From Eledone cirrhosa (Eukaryota): a DNA stretch of 64,000 bases. The stretch lies in NCBI GenBank assembly GCA_964016885.1, contig CAXHJY010001157.1, forward strand, positions 62,001-126,000, in the 5' to 3' direction. The position numbers were made by a program, and so were the translations under genes. The notes under the pieces are model-generated. The model ran no database searches. It was given only the letters and a program-made list of their open reading frames with translations, and had not been told where the DNA came from. This document shows, one piece after another, positions 38,337-52,700 of this stretch. Each line of letters begins with the position of its first letter. Position 1 is the stretch's first letter.

Positions 38337-39037
38337 CTTTGAATGACATCCACGATGACACACATGAAGATATAGGTGGGCCGCATCAGGTGAGATATTT
38401 CATAGGTGTCCATTGTTCGGAATGTCGCAGGCTCTGGTGGTGCACCAACAGTCAGTGAGTACTGTGCAATGCACACAGATAGCCAACCAAACAAGAAGAG
38501 CAGCACTGCAGCAACATCACTGTTATAAAGAGGCTTGATGTTGGAGACAGGCAGCAATGAAAGCAGAGCCATGCCACACATCATGCCAGATATCACAGAA
38601 TGGATAAGTATGTTCACTCGATACTTCTTCACTGGTACAACAAACTCCAGAGTCTCTGGGGCGCAACAGGCAGTGAATTCCAACTCATCATCCTCGGAGA
38701 ATGCGCAGTGCTTCTTGGTGATGACTGCCTCGCTCGCTTTCTGCGACTGCTGCTGGCATACCGTTGACAAAACTTGCACAGAGATGACGAAGATGGACAT
38801 GATGGCACCGAAGATGTAAGCCGCCACTTCTGACTGAAGGAGGTAGAGTTCGACAAATGTCGTGAACATTGCAGCAAGGATGCATGGACAGATAAAGAAA
38901 CATATCTGTGACAGGTAGACATATGTCGGAGCATCATAGCCAAGCCGGAGTTTAGGGCCGCCCAATATTGTCTGCGGCAACCTCTTTAAAAAAAAGTCCT
39001 GCTTATACTCATTCAATAAAGGGATGCCAGATCCCAT
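38337..39037 (-). CDS. PCNX4: Pecanex-like protein 4, coding exon 1 (MGSGIPLLNEYKQDFFLKRLPQTILGGPKLRLGY...)
   Basis: N-terminus 'PLLNxYKQDFFLKRxPQTxLGGP' recognised as PCNX4; 701 nt, GTAAGT donor, phase 2. Confidence 0.9.
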
Positions 39038-39732
39038 CTCAAAAGAAGTTTTTGGGGTGGGGTTTAAGTAAGTTAGGAAGTGATTAGAATATGTATGCAG
39101 GGTTCAAAGAGAGCTGGCTATTCTGCTGCTTAGGGGTCAGGGATTAACAAATAAATGGAAATGCTGACCATTTAGAAGATGTGACATTTTATCAAAGAAG
39201 AAGGCATCTCTTCTTATCTTCAGTTCATTGTTTCATAAAACTGTAAACTGAATGATGTAACACACAGTTTCAATTGGTGGGGATTGATGGAACTGGATAG
39301 ATGTCCTTCCATATTTGGAGGGAGAAAGTAGGGAAAAGAAGAAGAAATGAGGGGGAGGGAGAGGAGACAAGACACAAATGAGGAAATGTGATGATGCGAG
39401 AAGGAGAAACAAGTAGAGAAATGTGATAGTAGGAAGAGGCAGGACCCAAGTGAAGAAATGTGGGAGGAGGAAGGAGCCAAACTACAACAAAAACAAAAAT
39501 AAGAACTATTAACTTAACAGCTACTATTGTTTCTTCCTCTTTCGCTTCTTCTTCTGACAAATCCTTCTTATATTTAAGTGGGAGCTCACAGAGGTTTTCA
39601 TCAATTACCTTACACAATTAAGTTCTGGCTGACCTCAAGCTCATACATATACATGCATACACTCACTCACTCAAACACATGTATATGCACATAGAAAGAT
39701 ATTATATATAAATGTTAAATATACATAGATAT

Positions 39733-39811
<79 letters not shown>

Positions 39812-41689
39812 TATATAAGGAGGGGTATGTATTATATAAGTTGATGTTTTGAAGCTACTGTCTTCTAATAATAGCTAAAATCACTCACCAAGAATAAGAA
39901 ATAGCTGTTGTGATAATGGGAAAAATGTGAATATATCTTATTTTTAAAAATGTCGGTAGTAGTTAGTGCATGAGTATGATGTTACCATGGACAATAAAGT
40001 CATATGGTTCAATACTTCATGGAAATGTGTTCAAATCTTATCAGTGTTAATTCAAAAGGTGAAGGTCATGGGTTAAACTGGACAGGGTTAATTGCCATAT
40101 TTAGATTTTGATAGGAAAGGACAGGAGTTTATAACAGTGGACATTCAGATTAATAATTTTGGGGTATTCTTTTCCTTTGTAATTTCATATATATGTTGTT
40201 TTATGGTGTGTATGTATGGATCTGTACATATTAAATGGATTTAAGGGTGGTGATGGAGTGATTTATTGAGGCTTCGATAAATGCATCAGAATGTAACAAT
40301 CCAGGTATGTTTGGTAGTAGATGGATGTGTCCTGGTACTATAATATTGTTGAGGAATGTAAGAAAAATGAACACTGAGCAGCCAGGGACAGTTATATTTC
40401 ACTGAATACCTGGGACAAACTCACAAAAAAAGCAATGCCAATAATATGGTGCTACAATGATGTAAAGTTCCACACTTGTCTGCAGGTGCAGTTCCTGAAT
40501 ATTATATTACTGGCGTTATGGGAATGCTGTAATGTTTGTTTAAAAAAAGGAGTAAGAAATGGCTCTTAGTTCTGCAACTGGATGAGAAATCAATGAAAGG
40601 AATCATGTGAGAGGAAGATTCTTGCATGGGTCCTAATTTTTGCTGGAGATTTTTCTGGTCTGTAAAGTCCTTTAAAAATCAATATTCAGTGTTCATCTGG
40701 AAAAAAAAAAAAGAAAAAAGAATTAAAGATAAAAACAAATATAAATGGAAAAATATGATATTCATATAATACACAAAATACACTGATCTGTGTGTGTGTA
40801 TGTGTATGTGTGTGTGTGTGTGTATTACACGCGGGACACCAGCACCGACCTGAAAATTTAGTAGTAAGGTCGATTTTCGTAAATCCTTCATAGGACTGCT
40901 GGCTGATAATAATTCCTTTGTCCAGAGCTTGTTGGTTATGGATTTATTATTAATTGATGACCAGTGGATTCTCCATGGATTTGAAAGAGTACTATACCAG
41001 CTTAGGCATGGATTTTTGTGTGCTAAACTAAGAGGATACTGGCTGTTTCAATTGATGAAATTGCGAGTACTTTAACGTTTTTCACAGGTTGATCAGACAA
41101 TTCAATAATTGCATTGTTTTCAGTTTTAGGTTTCTGGCTGGGACGTTGTATTACAATTACTCCTTTGCATATGCTCCAAACGAATTTGTTGAGCAAATTG
41201 TAAACAAGAACAAAATCAATGGATATCGATCTAAACCCTTATTATATGTATATATATAACAGTGTTGTAGTTTGCTTGAAGCATTGTCGAATAGGAAACA
41301 CAAATTTAAATAATTTTAAAAACCATACAATGAACTAGAAAATTAAAATTGCCAAGATAATAGAATCTTACCGTAGCAAATTTAATAATCCCAAATATTT
41401 TCGGGTTTAAGAACCTATTCGATCTTTTAAGGCCCTCATAGAGATACTCCCTTGATAATAGGTTTTTAATTAACTACATTAAGGGTGCACATGTCTGGGA
41501 AATGCTCAGGCACTTATATGTTAATTTCATAAGTAGGCAGTTCCATTGATTGAATTAACTGGATCATTAGTTAAAAGAAACGATGGAGATCCAGCAACAG
41601 ACAGACAAATAGATAGATAGATAAATAGATACATAGAGTCTTGTAGTTTGACTATGGTAAATAAAAAATAACTTCAATTATTTGAGACT

Positions 41690-42380
41690 ATCATATGACA
41701 TGAACATCATGACAAACTGTCAAGACAATAATCAAGGAGTGGAAAAAAAAATACAAGTATACTGATAGAAATCACAATCCTTACTAATCAAAATATCTTC
41801 CCCAATGAAGTGCGAAAACTATCAAAATATAAGGACCTTCTTCTTCGCCCACTTATTGCTCAGGGGGTCGTGGGGGCAGGGTCCCCAAACACTTCGTCCA
41901 GCAGGTCCTGTGAGAAGCAACCATCTCCAACTGATCTGGCTGGACCCCCAACTGTGACCAGCCAAGCTCATGGATGCGATCCAACCATCTTACTCAATAC
42001 ATTTTGTAACTCAGAGATCAGCGAGTCACTCCAGGCGGAGCCTCCACATCTGTGAATTGAGAGATCACAGCTCTGATACTATGGGCATGTGGTTAGAATG
42101 TCAAAATAAAAAAAAATAAAAAAAAAAATTGCTGGACAGATTTTATTGGAAAAAACCAACCAGCAAGAGACCCAGGGGTAGACAAGGACTTCTAAATTAA
42201 AACAAACAAGGTGTGGAGCATGAAAGTAAAAACAAGGCTAATAACTATTAGAGCACAAGGTATAAAATAACATGAACAAAAACATAGAAGCCATGCCAAG
42301 GCTGACAATACTACACATTGTCCAAAAAATAGCCTTCCTACAAATAGACCGCATCCTGTGCAAGACATGAATTCAATAGT
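41690..42380 (+). mobile_element. R4/Dong-like LINE 3' relic interrupted by other LINE fragments
   Basis: 'KLSKYKDL' and later 'VWSMKVKT' and 'VQKIAFL...ILCKT'; internal RTE-like 'YYGHVVRM...RPRGR' segment and an oppositely oriented (GAA)n-tailed end. Confidence 0.5.
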
Positions 42381-42429
42381 AAAAATTCAAATAGAACATA
42401 CTCTACACAATAAGAACCTAATAAAATAA

Positions 42430-42680
42430 CACAACTAACACAACATATACTGTACAGGATTAACACTCAATAACACAACATATACTGTACAGGATTAACA
42501 CTCAATAAAATAACACAACACATACTACATAATATGTACAGGATTAACACTCAATAACAATACAACACAACACACACTGTACAGGGTTAACACTTAATAA
42601 CACAACACACCTCACACTACATAATACTGTACAGGATTAACACTCAATAAAATAACACAACTCATACTTTTACATAACTG
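42430..42680. repeat. Degenerate ~40-55-bp tandem repeat
   Basis: Recurring tgtacaggattaacactcaataa. Confidence 0.75.
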
Positions 42681-43148
42681 ATACTCGATGCTGCAACTCT
42701 AATAACTCACACAACCAGCATTCTAGACAGCTGCATCACATTAATGCTACACAAGTCATACACTGCACACCCGACACTGAGACATATTACACCAATTACA
42801 CAACACATATAGAATATAGTCACCACCCAACAACAACAACTCACATTACACATACTCTACACAACAGACCTAATGTGAAAATAACACCAGAAAATACATG
42901 CTAAAACCCATAACAAAAAAAAAAAAGAAAGACTGATGCAGTACACTAACAACAACAAACATCTCAGGAATACTGTGGTGCACTTGGTGATCTAGTAGAA
43001 ACTTGAATGAAACTAATGAAATAATAATAATAATAATAACAATAATAATAATAATTCCTTAGATAAACAAAAAGTCAGAGATAATTGCGGAAAATTTAAA
43101 ATGGAGAAAAGTAGAAAAGTAAAAGAGTTAGAGAAGGAAAGAGTGTGC

Positions 43149-43213
<65 letters not shown>

Positions 43214-44289
43214 TTACCAAGTCTATAAGCTTCCCTCACTTCCATCAATTTAATTTTTTTTTTTATTCATTTATTCGATAATTCTTTCAACATTTTCAAC
43301 AACAATAAAAAAAATAATATATATATATTTTCAAAAGGAAATTAAATAAACTCTCCTCTCCCCTTTCCCAACATTTTTTTCTCTCCAAAAGGCTGCTAGA
43401 GAAAAACACACACATGAATACACACACACATATACACAAACACACACATATACACAAACACACAAATATACACAAACACACACATATATATAGACACACA
43501 GACCAAATATTTAAGAATCATTTCTCTTTTCCATTTTTGTTTCATATTTAACAAATTCTTGAAACAAAAGACATTTATTAATCAAAGATTGGTATTTATT
43601 TCATTTTATTTTTATTTTAATTAAATTTGTTTTTTTTTTAATGTGTTTTGTTTCTGCTCAGATTTGTTTTCATCTTTTTTATATTTTATCATCTTCAGGA
43701 TGCTGATGGCATCATTGTGGTGGTAATAGCGTCAGCTTATGATGAGAGATACTGCTGCAATGATGAGAAATAAAGTCTGAAATTTCATCTCAAATTCTTC
43801 AAGTCTTTGATTTTCTTCATCATCATCATAACTGTATTATATCTATTTTCCATGCTTGTATGAGTTACACAGGTTGTCAAGTTCTGAAGCTAGACAAGTC
43901 AGAATGATTGCATCTCACTCATACATTCAGTTTTCTGGCATGGTTTCTATGGCTGGATGTCCTTCTTAATGCCAACCACTTCACAGTGTGTACCGAGTGT
44001 ATTTTATCATGACATCACTATTACTATTTGACATGGTGAAATGAGTTTTTTTTATATTGTGGCACCAGCACAACCAATTTATATTTTATTTATAGTATTT
44101 TATTTGGTGGTAATGGCAAAATATGGGGGAAATATTTTTGTTCTCTCTTCAAAATAAATCTAATCCTTTTGAAACTGGCTCTGTTTCAAAGAGTAAAAAA
44201 AAACCCACCCAATTTAAAATCTTAGTAATGAAATAATGAAATCCCTTAAAATTGTTAATTATTTAATTTCAAAACACAACAGAACCCTC

Positions 44290-45197
44290 TGAGTTCAGAG
44301 AACGTGAGGCCGCCTGTGAGACGTGGGACCGGCTGGGACTTAGCCCAGTAGACGTCCCTCTTCCTTCTCCCCCTATTGACGCCAAGTCCCCCAACACACT
44401 TGGGATGCCATCCAGTGCAGCCTGGCCTCAGACAGGCTCACGCGCCAGCTCGACCAGCACCGCCTTGCTTTTTTTCGTGTGGCTTCCAAACCCAACAGTG
44501 GTACCTGACTCCATGCCCTGCCCTCCTTCTCCACTGGCATGCAGCTAGACAACCATAGCCTGCGCATCGGCGTTTCCCTGAGGCTCGGCCTCCGGATCTG
44601 CCAGCCACACCAATGTCGCTGCAGTTCCACCGTGGACTCTTTCGGTCTCCACCTGCTTTCCTGTCGCCACAGTGCCGGCCGCATTCCATGCCATGTTGCC
44701 CTCAATGAGGTCATTAAGCATGGCTTGGACGCTGCAGTCTTCCCTTCCGAGCTCGAGCCGGTGCTCCATGACCATCTTCCCGTTCCGCGGTGGCAAACCC
44801 CTCATCTGGGATGCCACTTGCACCGACACTTTCTGCAGCCGCAACCTGGTGCAGTCTGCGACTGACCGAGGTTCTGCTGCACGTCGAGCTGAGGGGGCCA
44901 AACTCCTCAAATACCGGTCGCTCTCCGACAGGTTTGCGGTCGTACCCCTGGTAATGGAGACTTCTGGTGTCCTCGGCTCCAGGGCTACCTCCTTACTCAC
45001 CACCATAGGCGCTGAGCTGGCCAGCTGCAGGTATGAGCTCTGCGAGTTGGAGTGGCTTTTCCAGCGCGTCTCCCTTGCCGTCCTCCGGGGAAACACCTTC
45101 TCCATTCTGTCAGCCGGGGCTGTGGGTGGGCCCCATCGCGTACCGTTGTAGTTGTTGTAGAGGAAACAGGAAGACAACTGGAAAGTTTGATTTTCTA
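44290..45197 (+). mobile_element. CRE-clade non-LTR retrotransposon 3' fragment with 3' UTR
   Basis: 'LDNHSLRIGVSLRLGLRICQPHQCRC...LSCRHSAGRIPCHVALNEVIK', 'GKPLIWDATCTDT', 'METSGVLG', 'WLFQRVSLAVLRGN'; 3' UTR shared with the 55734-55968 copy. Confidence 0.85.
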
Positions 45198-46539
45198 TTA
45201 TACTGCTGTCTTTTGTTGGAAATACGGATTAGTTTAATTGAAAGAAAGTATTTGTTACATTAGAAATATGGTAAGGTTTACTCTGCTGTGTGAAACCAAT
45301 TTCAAAAAGGTGCACTCTATTTCTGTATGTCATAAATGGTGACTAAAAGGATTGGCACCAAGGAGAACATCCGGTCATAAAATATTGCCTTCAAAAAGAC
45401 CCCATGGTATGAAGACTGTTATGGGGTTAACATGACTATCCTGTTTTAGCAGGGAATATGATCTTAAAGCACTTGTTGTTGTGGGGTCTTAAAAATAAGA
45501 TTAACTCTTTCATTTTTATATTTCTAACGAATGACACTACAATTTATTTTCAAATAATTTTGAAAATAATCCAGAAATTAGAAGAATTGTCTAATATAAC
45601 TATCTTTTTCACTATTAAGCTGGTCCTCGGAAAATAACTTAAAGGTTCTTACATAAAATTGTGATGGGAAGTTTTTAGATAACAACCACGTATATGATAT
45701 TTCATTTCTGTATAATTATTGCTTTAATTTCAAATGTCACTTAACAACTTGGATTCTCTATCCCACTGGGCTGCCATAGGATACAGATACCATAACTCCT
45801 TGTGGAGGCGTAGAGGTACCGTCATTCGGCGTGTCTAGGGCACATTTAAACCTGGCAGAGCCCAACCCTCTCCAGGTCTGAACACAGCTGATTTTTTCTA
45901 TAGAGGAAGAATCGACCCCAGTACTGGACTGGTACTTTTTTTATCCACCTCGAAAGGATGAAAGGCAAAGTTGACATGGCAGGATTTGAACTCAGGGTAC
46001 ACAATGAAGTGGGATGAATACTGTGATGCATTCTATCCGATATCTTAATGACTCTGCCATAGAAACTTATAGTAAGATATCATTTTAAGATTTAAATGTT
46101 ATCTAACCTATTGTAATTCACAAACTAGTATAGTGTTGGGAGAATTTATCATATCCCCCCACCCCACATATATATTTCTTTCCTGTATTAACATTGTTTT
46201 AATTTTAAATGTTACTTAGCAACATAGCAACCCCCAGCTGACTTTCTTGTATCCTGCTGTCCCTGTTAACAGGGTTAGACAGGTTGCCACATTCTGAGGC
46301 TAGACAGGTCAGATGACTGTATCTTGCTCATATGTTCCATTCTGGCATGGGTCCTATGGCTGGATGCTCTTTCTCTTGCCAATGACTTCATGCCATGTAC
46401 CAAATGCGTTTTCTCATGACATGTACAACACCTTCTTTGCTAGCATGGGAAAATGGATGTTAAATGTTGGTGCTGATAAACACTTTAAAACAAGCAGTTT
46501 TGTAATAAAAGTCGGTTTGGTTTTCTTAGTGAAAATGAG

Positions 46540-47776
46540 TCAGTTTTAAACCGAAAGCAATTTATTCAATCAATGTTATATTTGCCATTTTGTTCCAGTA
46601 CCTTCCGCCATCTTCTAGGTAGATCCATTATTCCCTGTTCAAAGAATTTCCTGTCTGTAGCGGCGAAGAACCCTTCCAAAATAATTTTCACATCTTCTGA
46701 AGAATTGAAGGTTTGTCTCCATTGAAAGAATTTTGAAGAGACCGAAACAGGTGAAAATCTGAAGGAACAAGGTCGGGATAATATTGAGGGTGCAGCAAAA
46801 CTTTCCAGTCAAACCCTAATAACTTATGCTGAGTCTGCAAGGAAGTGTGTGGTCTGGTATTGTCTTGATGAAAGACTATGCCCTTTTGATTAGCAAGTTC
46901 TGGACACTTCTGGGGGATCACTGCATTTAATTTATCCAGCTGTTCACAATAGATATCCATATTGATGGTCCTGTTTGTGGGAAGAAGCTCATAAAAGACA
47001 ACACTCTTCCAATCCCACTAAATTGAAAGCATAATCTTCTTTGGGTGCCCTGCCTTGGAGGGTGTTTGTGGTGGTTTTCGGTGCTTCCCTCATGATTGTT
47101 TTCTCTTCACATTGTTATAGACAATCCATTTTTCATATCCAGTTACCATTTTCTTCAAAAAGAGATCGTTTTCTTCATGTTTAAGCAAGGAATTGCAAAT
47201 GGAAATCCATTGGGTGAGGTTGGCTTTATTCAATTTATGGGGAACCCAAACATTGATTCTACTGATGTAACCAATTTTATGCAGATAGTTTTCTAAACTT
47301 GATTTGGATATCTGGAGAATATCTGCGATCTCCCTAGTTGTAAGATGGGAGTTGGTGTTAACTAACTCCTTCACTTGGTTGCTGTTAATCACAGTTGACT
47401 GTCCAAAATAAAGTGCATCTTGAGTTGAAAAAATTCCCAATCGAAATCTTGAAAACCACTTCTGGCATACACGTTCTGTAAAGGCAACCTCCCTGCACAC
47501 AGCACATGTATTCATGCAAGTTTCTGATGCATTATCTTTTTTTTAAGTAAAAAAGCATGATGTGTCGATAATGTTCATTTTGGTTTTCCAATTTGAGGGT
47601 TAAGATAAAGGCACAAAATGCATCCAATCTCGTCAGAGTTTCGCTACAAACTACTTTGAAGTATCAAGTATTTAATGAGTGCATACTTGGAAGGAAAAAA
47701 GTAAAGTTAGCAATTATGAGAACGCCTGAAGTTTAGTATTGGCAAAAACTGAACAGACTTTTTGGCAAACCCAATA
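46540..47776 (-). mobile_element. mariner transposon relic (Tc1/mariner)
   Basis: HTH region 'WFSRFR.G', 'WVPHKL', 'MVTGYEKWIVYNN', 'HQDNTRPHT', 'HPQYYPDLVPSDFHLFRSLQN'; one TIR ending ...GGCAAACCCAATA at 47776; stops and frameshifts. Confidence 0.9.
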
Positions 47777-48544
47777 GAACCAGGGTTGGTTTCAGGTAGC
47801 TTGGTAACAAAATAAATTTAATATCAGCACAAAAAAATATATATATATGTGGTCAATTGGTAGTGTCATTAGGGCATCAGACTAACCATTTTTTATACTA
47901 AACCACCCATGATTCTATGAGAGAAAGCCATGTATTTTAAAGTGTTTATATTTATCTAAGAACCTGACATCATAATTTTATGTAAGCACCTTTGTTAAGT
48001 TATGTTCCAAATACCAGATAAATAATGAGAAAGAATAAAAACAATGTTATTGAATGATTCAACAGTTCCTTTCTGTCATCCTCTTGCCATAATGTTGCTG
48101 CTGTTGGTATTGTTGCTGTTATAGTTTTACTGTTGTTTTCGTAATTGTCATATTTTACTTGTGCAAATTTCTGCTCTATGTAACATAGTGCAGCTGATAT
48201 ACTGTGATTGAAAAGATGCAGTTGGCCTAGTGCAGTTGATGAAATGATGCAGTTGATGTTTGTTTCTTGTTTTTTTTTTTTTTACTGCAATTAATTCTTC
48301 TTGACTTAGCAGTCATGTCTTGCTCCACCATCACCATCACTACCCCCCCCCCCCCCTACTACCACCACCACCACCACCACCACCACCACCACCACTATCA
48401 CCACCACCACCACCACTACTATCATCACCATTACACACACACACACATATTTATGCATACATATGACTAAATGTACAGTCACACACCACTAAACACAAAA
48501 CATTGATGGGAGAAGGGGGTCTGGTAGTGATGGTGGTAGGGTTG

Positions 48545-48584
<40 letters not shown>

Positions 48585-49799
48585 TCCTAAACATAAACAC
48601 ACACACACATGATCTGTACATCCACCACCACCACCACATACCCTCAATAAATTTCATTAGCTCTATCAATGGAGATGATGTTGATGATGATGGATATGAT
48701 AAGGGAGGCAATGATGATGATGGCAATAGTAATAATTGTTTCTACTTTAGGCACAAGGCCAGCAATTATCCCAGTGCATTACTGGTACTTTATTTTATCG
48801 ACCCCTTAAGGATGAAAGGCAAAGTCAACCTCGGCGGGATTTGAACTCAGACCGTAAAGGGACGTAACTATGCTGGAAAGCATGGTGTCCGACCCTCTAC
48901 CGATACTGCCAATTCACACACCGGTGATGGCAATAGTAATAATGATGCTGATGCTGCAGCAGCTGACGACAATAATAGTGATGATGATGATGATAATAAT
49001 GATGAAGGTGGTGGTGGTAGTGATGATATTAATGATGATGATGATGGTGGTGGTGATGATGATGGTAGTGGTGGTGATATTGATGATGGTAGTGGTGGTG
49101 GTGGTGGTGATAATATTGATGATGATGATGATAATGATGGTGGTCGACCATTTCTAAAATAGCTTGGCTGCCATTCAGTAACAACCAAGAATAGTAGAGT
49201 TTTATATGGTTTGTAATTTCCTTTCCAGTTCTTCTTGTATCTTCTATTCTCACTGTTGACCACTGCTGACCGAAATCTCACCAATTCCACCTTGGCACCT
49301 ACTTCCTATTTCCTCTCCAGCAGACATCAGGCATGTCCAACTCAATACTATATATTCATTGTAGACTGAAATCTCACCAATTCCATCTTGGCACCTCCTC
49401 CTCTTCTTCCTATTTCCTCTCTATCAGACATGTCCAACTAAATATTATTTATTCTGGATCTTCCTGTTTATTTCCATCAAACTCCTTGTCTGTCTGTTAG
49501 TTTAACTATCTGTCAATCTAATCTATCAATCTATATCTAATATATCCATCATTATCTATTTATCAATCTATCTAACCCACTTATCTATTAAATCTATCTA
49601 ATGTAACTGTCAATCTATCTATCTAGCTGTCTTCCGACCTACCCAACCACCCTCATCCATGTATATAACTGGCACCATTTCGTTGCTGTTTTAAGAAGAT
49701 GCACAGTGTGTGGTTTATGAAACTGTCAATTTTTCTTGATCTTCCTCACTGTGTAATAGCTTCCACTACTTCCCATTACAACTAGTAAAGTGTGTTACT

Positions 49800-52700
49800 C
49801 ACCACAGTCTATCTAGCTGCACTATCTACCACCACTTCCAGCTACAGCTATTGTGGTGTATTACTTTAGACAAGGTACTCTACTTACCACAGTCTACCTA
49901 GCTGTATAACAGGTGTCACCTCTTCTTGCTATATCTACTATGTTGTGTCACCTTAGACAAGGTACTCTAGTTACCACAGTCTACCTAGCTGTATTACAGG
50001 TGCCACCTCTTCTTGCTATAGCTACTATGTTGTGTCACCTTAGACAAGGTACTCTAGTTACCACAGTCTACCTAGCTGTATAACAGGTGTCACCTCTTCT
50101 TGCTATAGCTACTGTGTTGTGTCACCTTAGACAGGGTACTCTACTTACCACAGTCTACCTAGCTGTATAACAGGTGCCACCTCTTCTTGCTATAGCTACT
50201 ATGTTGTGTCACCTTAGACAAGGTACTCTACTTACCACAGTCTACCTAGCTGTATAACAGGTGCCACCTCTTCTTGCTATAGCTACTGTGTTGTGTCACC
50301 TTAGACAAGGTACTCTACTTACCACAGTCTACCTAGCTGTATAACAGGTGTCACCTCTTCTTGCTATAGCTACTATGTTGTGTCACCTTAGACAAGGTAC
50401 TCTACTTACCACAGTCTACCTAGCTGTATTACAGGTGCCACCCCTTCTTGCTATATCTACTGTGTTGTGTCACCTTAGACAAGGTACTCTACTTACCACA
50501 GTCTACCTAGCTGTATAACAGGTGTCACCTCTTCTTGCTATAGCTACTGTGTTGTGTCACCTTAGACAAGGTACTCTACTTACCACAGTCTACCTAGCTG
50601 TATAACAGGTGCCACCTCTTCTTGCTATATCTACTGCGTTGTGTCACCTTAGACAAGGTACTCTACTTACCACAGTCTACCTAGCTGTATTACAGGTGCC
50701 ACCCCTTCTTGCTATATCTACTGTGTTGTGTCACCTTAGACAAGGTACTCTACTTACCACAGTCTACCTAGCTGTATAACAGGTGCCACCTCTTCTTGCT
50801 ATAGCTACTGTGTTGTGTCACCTTAGACAAGGTACTCTACTTACCACAGTCTACCTAGCTGTATAACAGGTGCCACCCCTTCTTGCTATAGCTACTGTGT
50901 TGTGTCACCTTAGACAAGGTACTCTAGTTACCACAGTCTACCTAGCTGTATAACAGGTGCCACCTCTTCTTGCTATAGCTACTGTGTTGTGTCACCTTAG
51001 ACAAGGTACTCTACTTACCACAGTCTACCTAGCTGTATAACAGGTGCCACCTCTTCTTGCTATATCTACTGTGTTGTGTCACCTTAGACAAGGTACTCTA
51101 GTTACCACAGTCTACCTAGCTGTATAACAGGTGTCACCTCTTCTTGCTATAGCTACTGTGTTGTGTCACCTTAGACAGGGTACTCTAGTTACCACAGTCT
51201 ACCTAGCTGTATTACAGGTGCCACCCCTTCTTGCTATAGCTACTGTGTTGTGTCACCTTAGACAAGGTACTCTAGTTACCACAGTCTACCTAGCTGTATT
51301 ACAGGTGCCACCCCTTCTTGCTATAGCTACTATGTTGTGTCACCTTAGACAGGGTACTCTAGTTACCACAGTCTACCTAGCTGTATAACAGGTGCCACCT
51401 CTTCTTGCTATAGCTACTATGTTGTGTCACCTTAGACAAGGTACTCTACTTACCACAGTCTACCTAGCTGTATAACAGGTGCCACCCCTTCTTGCTATAG
51501 CTACTGTGTTGTGTCACCTTAGACAAGGTACTCTACTTACCACAGTCTACCTAGCTGTATAACAGGTGCCACCTCTTCTTGCTATAGCTACTGTGTTGTG
51601 TCACCTTAGACAGGGTACTCTACTTACCACAGTCTACCTAGCTGTATAACAGGTGTCACCTCTTCTTGCTATAGCTACTGTGTTGTGTCACCTTAGACAA
51701 GGTACTCTACTTACCACAGTCTACCTAGCTGTATTACAGGTGCCACCTCTTCTTGCTATAGCTACTGTGTTGTGTCACCTTAGACAGGGTACTCTACTTA
51801 CCACAGTCTACCTAGCTGTATAACAGGTGCCACCTCTTCTTGCTATAGCTACTGTGTTGTGTCACCTTAGACAAGGTACTCTACTTACCACAGTCTACCT
51901 AGCTGTATAACAGGTGTCACCTCTTCTTGCTATAGCTACTGTGTTGTGTCACCTTAGACAGGGTACTCTACTTACCACAGTCTACCTAGCTGTATAACAG
52001 GTGCCACCTCTTCTTGCTATAGCTACTGTGTTGTGTCACCTTAGACAGGGTACTCTACTTACCACAGTCTACCTAGCTGTATAACAGGTGTCACCTCTTC
52101 TTGCTATAGCTACTGTGTTGTGTCACCTTAGACAGGGTACTCTACTTACCACAGTCTACCTAGCTGTATAACAGGTGTCACCTCTTCTTGCTATAGCTAC
52201 TGTGTTGTGTCACCTTAGACAGGGTACTCTACTTACCACAGTCTACCTAGCTGTATAACAGGTGTCACCTCTTCTTGCTATAGCTACTGTGTTGTGTCAC
52301 CTTAGACAGGGTACTCTACTTACCACAGTCTACCTAGCTGTATAACAGGTGCCACCTCTTCTTGCTATAGCTACTGTGTTGTGTCACCTTAGACAGGGTA
52401 CTCTACTTACCACAGTCTACCTAGCTGTATAACAGGTGTCACCTCTTCTTGCTATAGCTACTGTGTTGTGTCACCTTAGACAAGGTACTCTACTTACCAC
52501 AGTCTACCTAGCTGTATAACAGGTGTCACCTCTTCTTGCTATAGCTACTGTGTTGTGTCACCTTAGACAGGGTACTCTACTTACCACAGTCTACCTAGCT
52601 GTATAACAGGTGCCACCTCTTCTTGCTATAGCTACTGTGTTGTGTCACCTTAGACAGGGTACTCTACTTACCACAGTCTACCTAGCTGTATAACAGGTGT

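Noticed and set aside
48267-49290. Poly-His, poly-Pro/Ser and Met/Val ORFs
   Set aside because: They are translations of (CAC/GAT/GGT)n microsatellites plus a SINE, with no splice or domain support.
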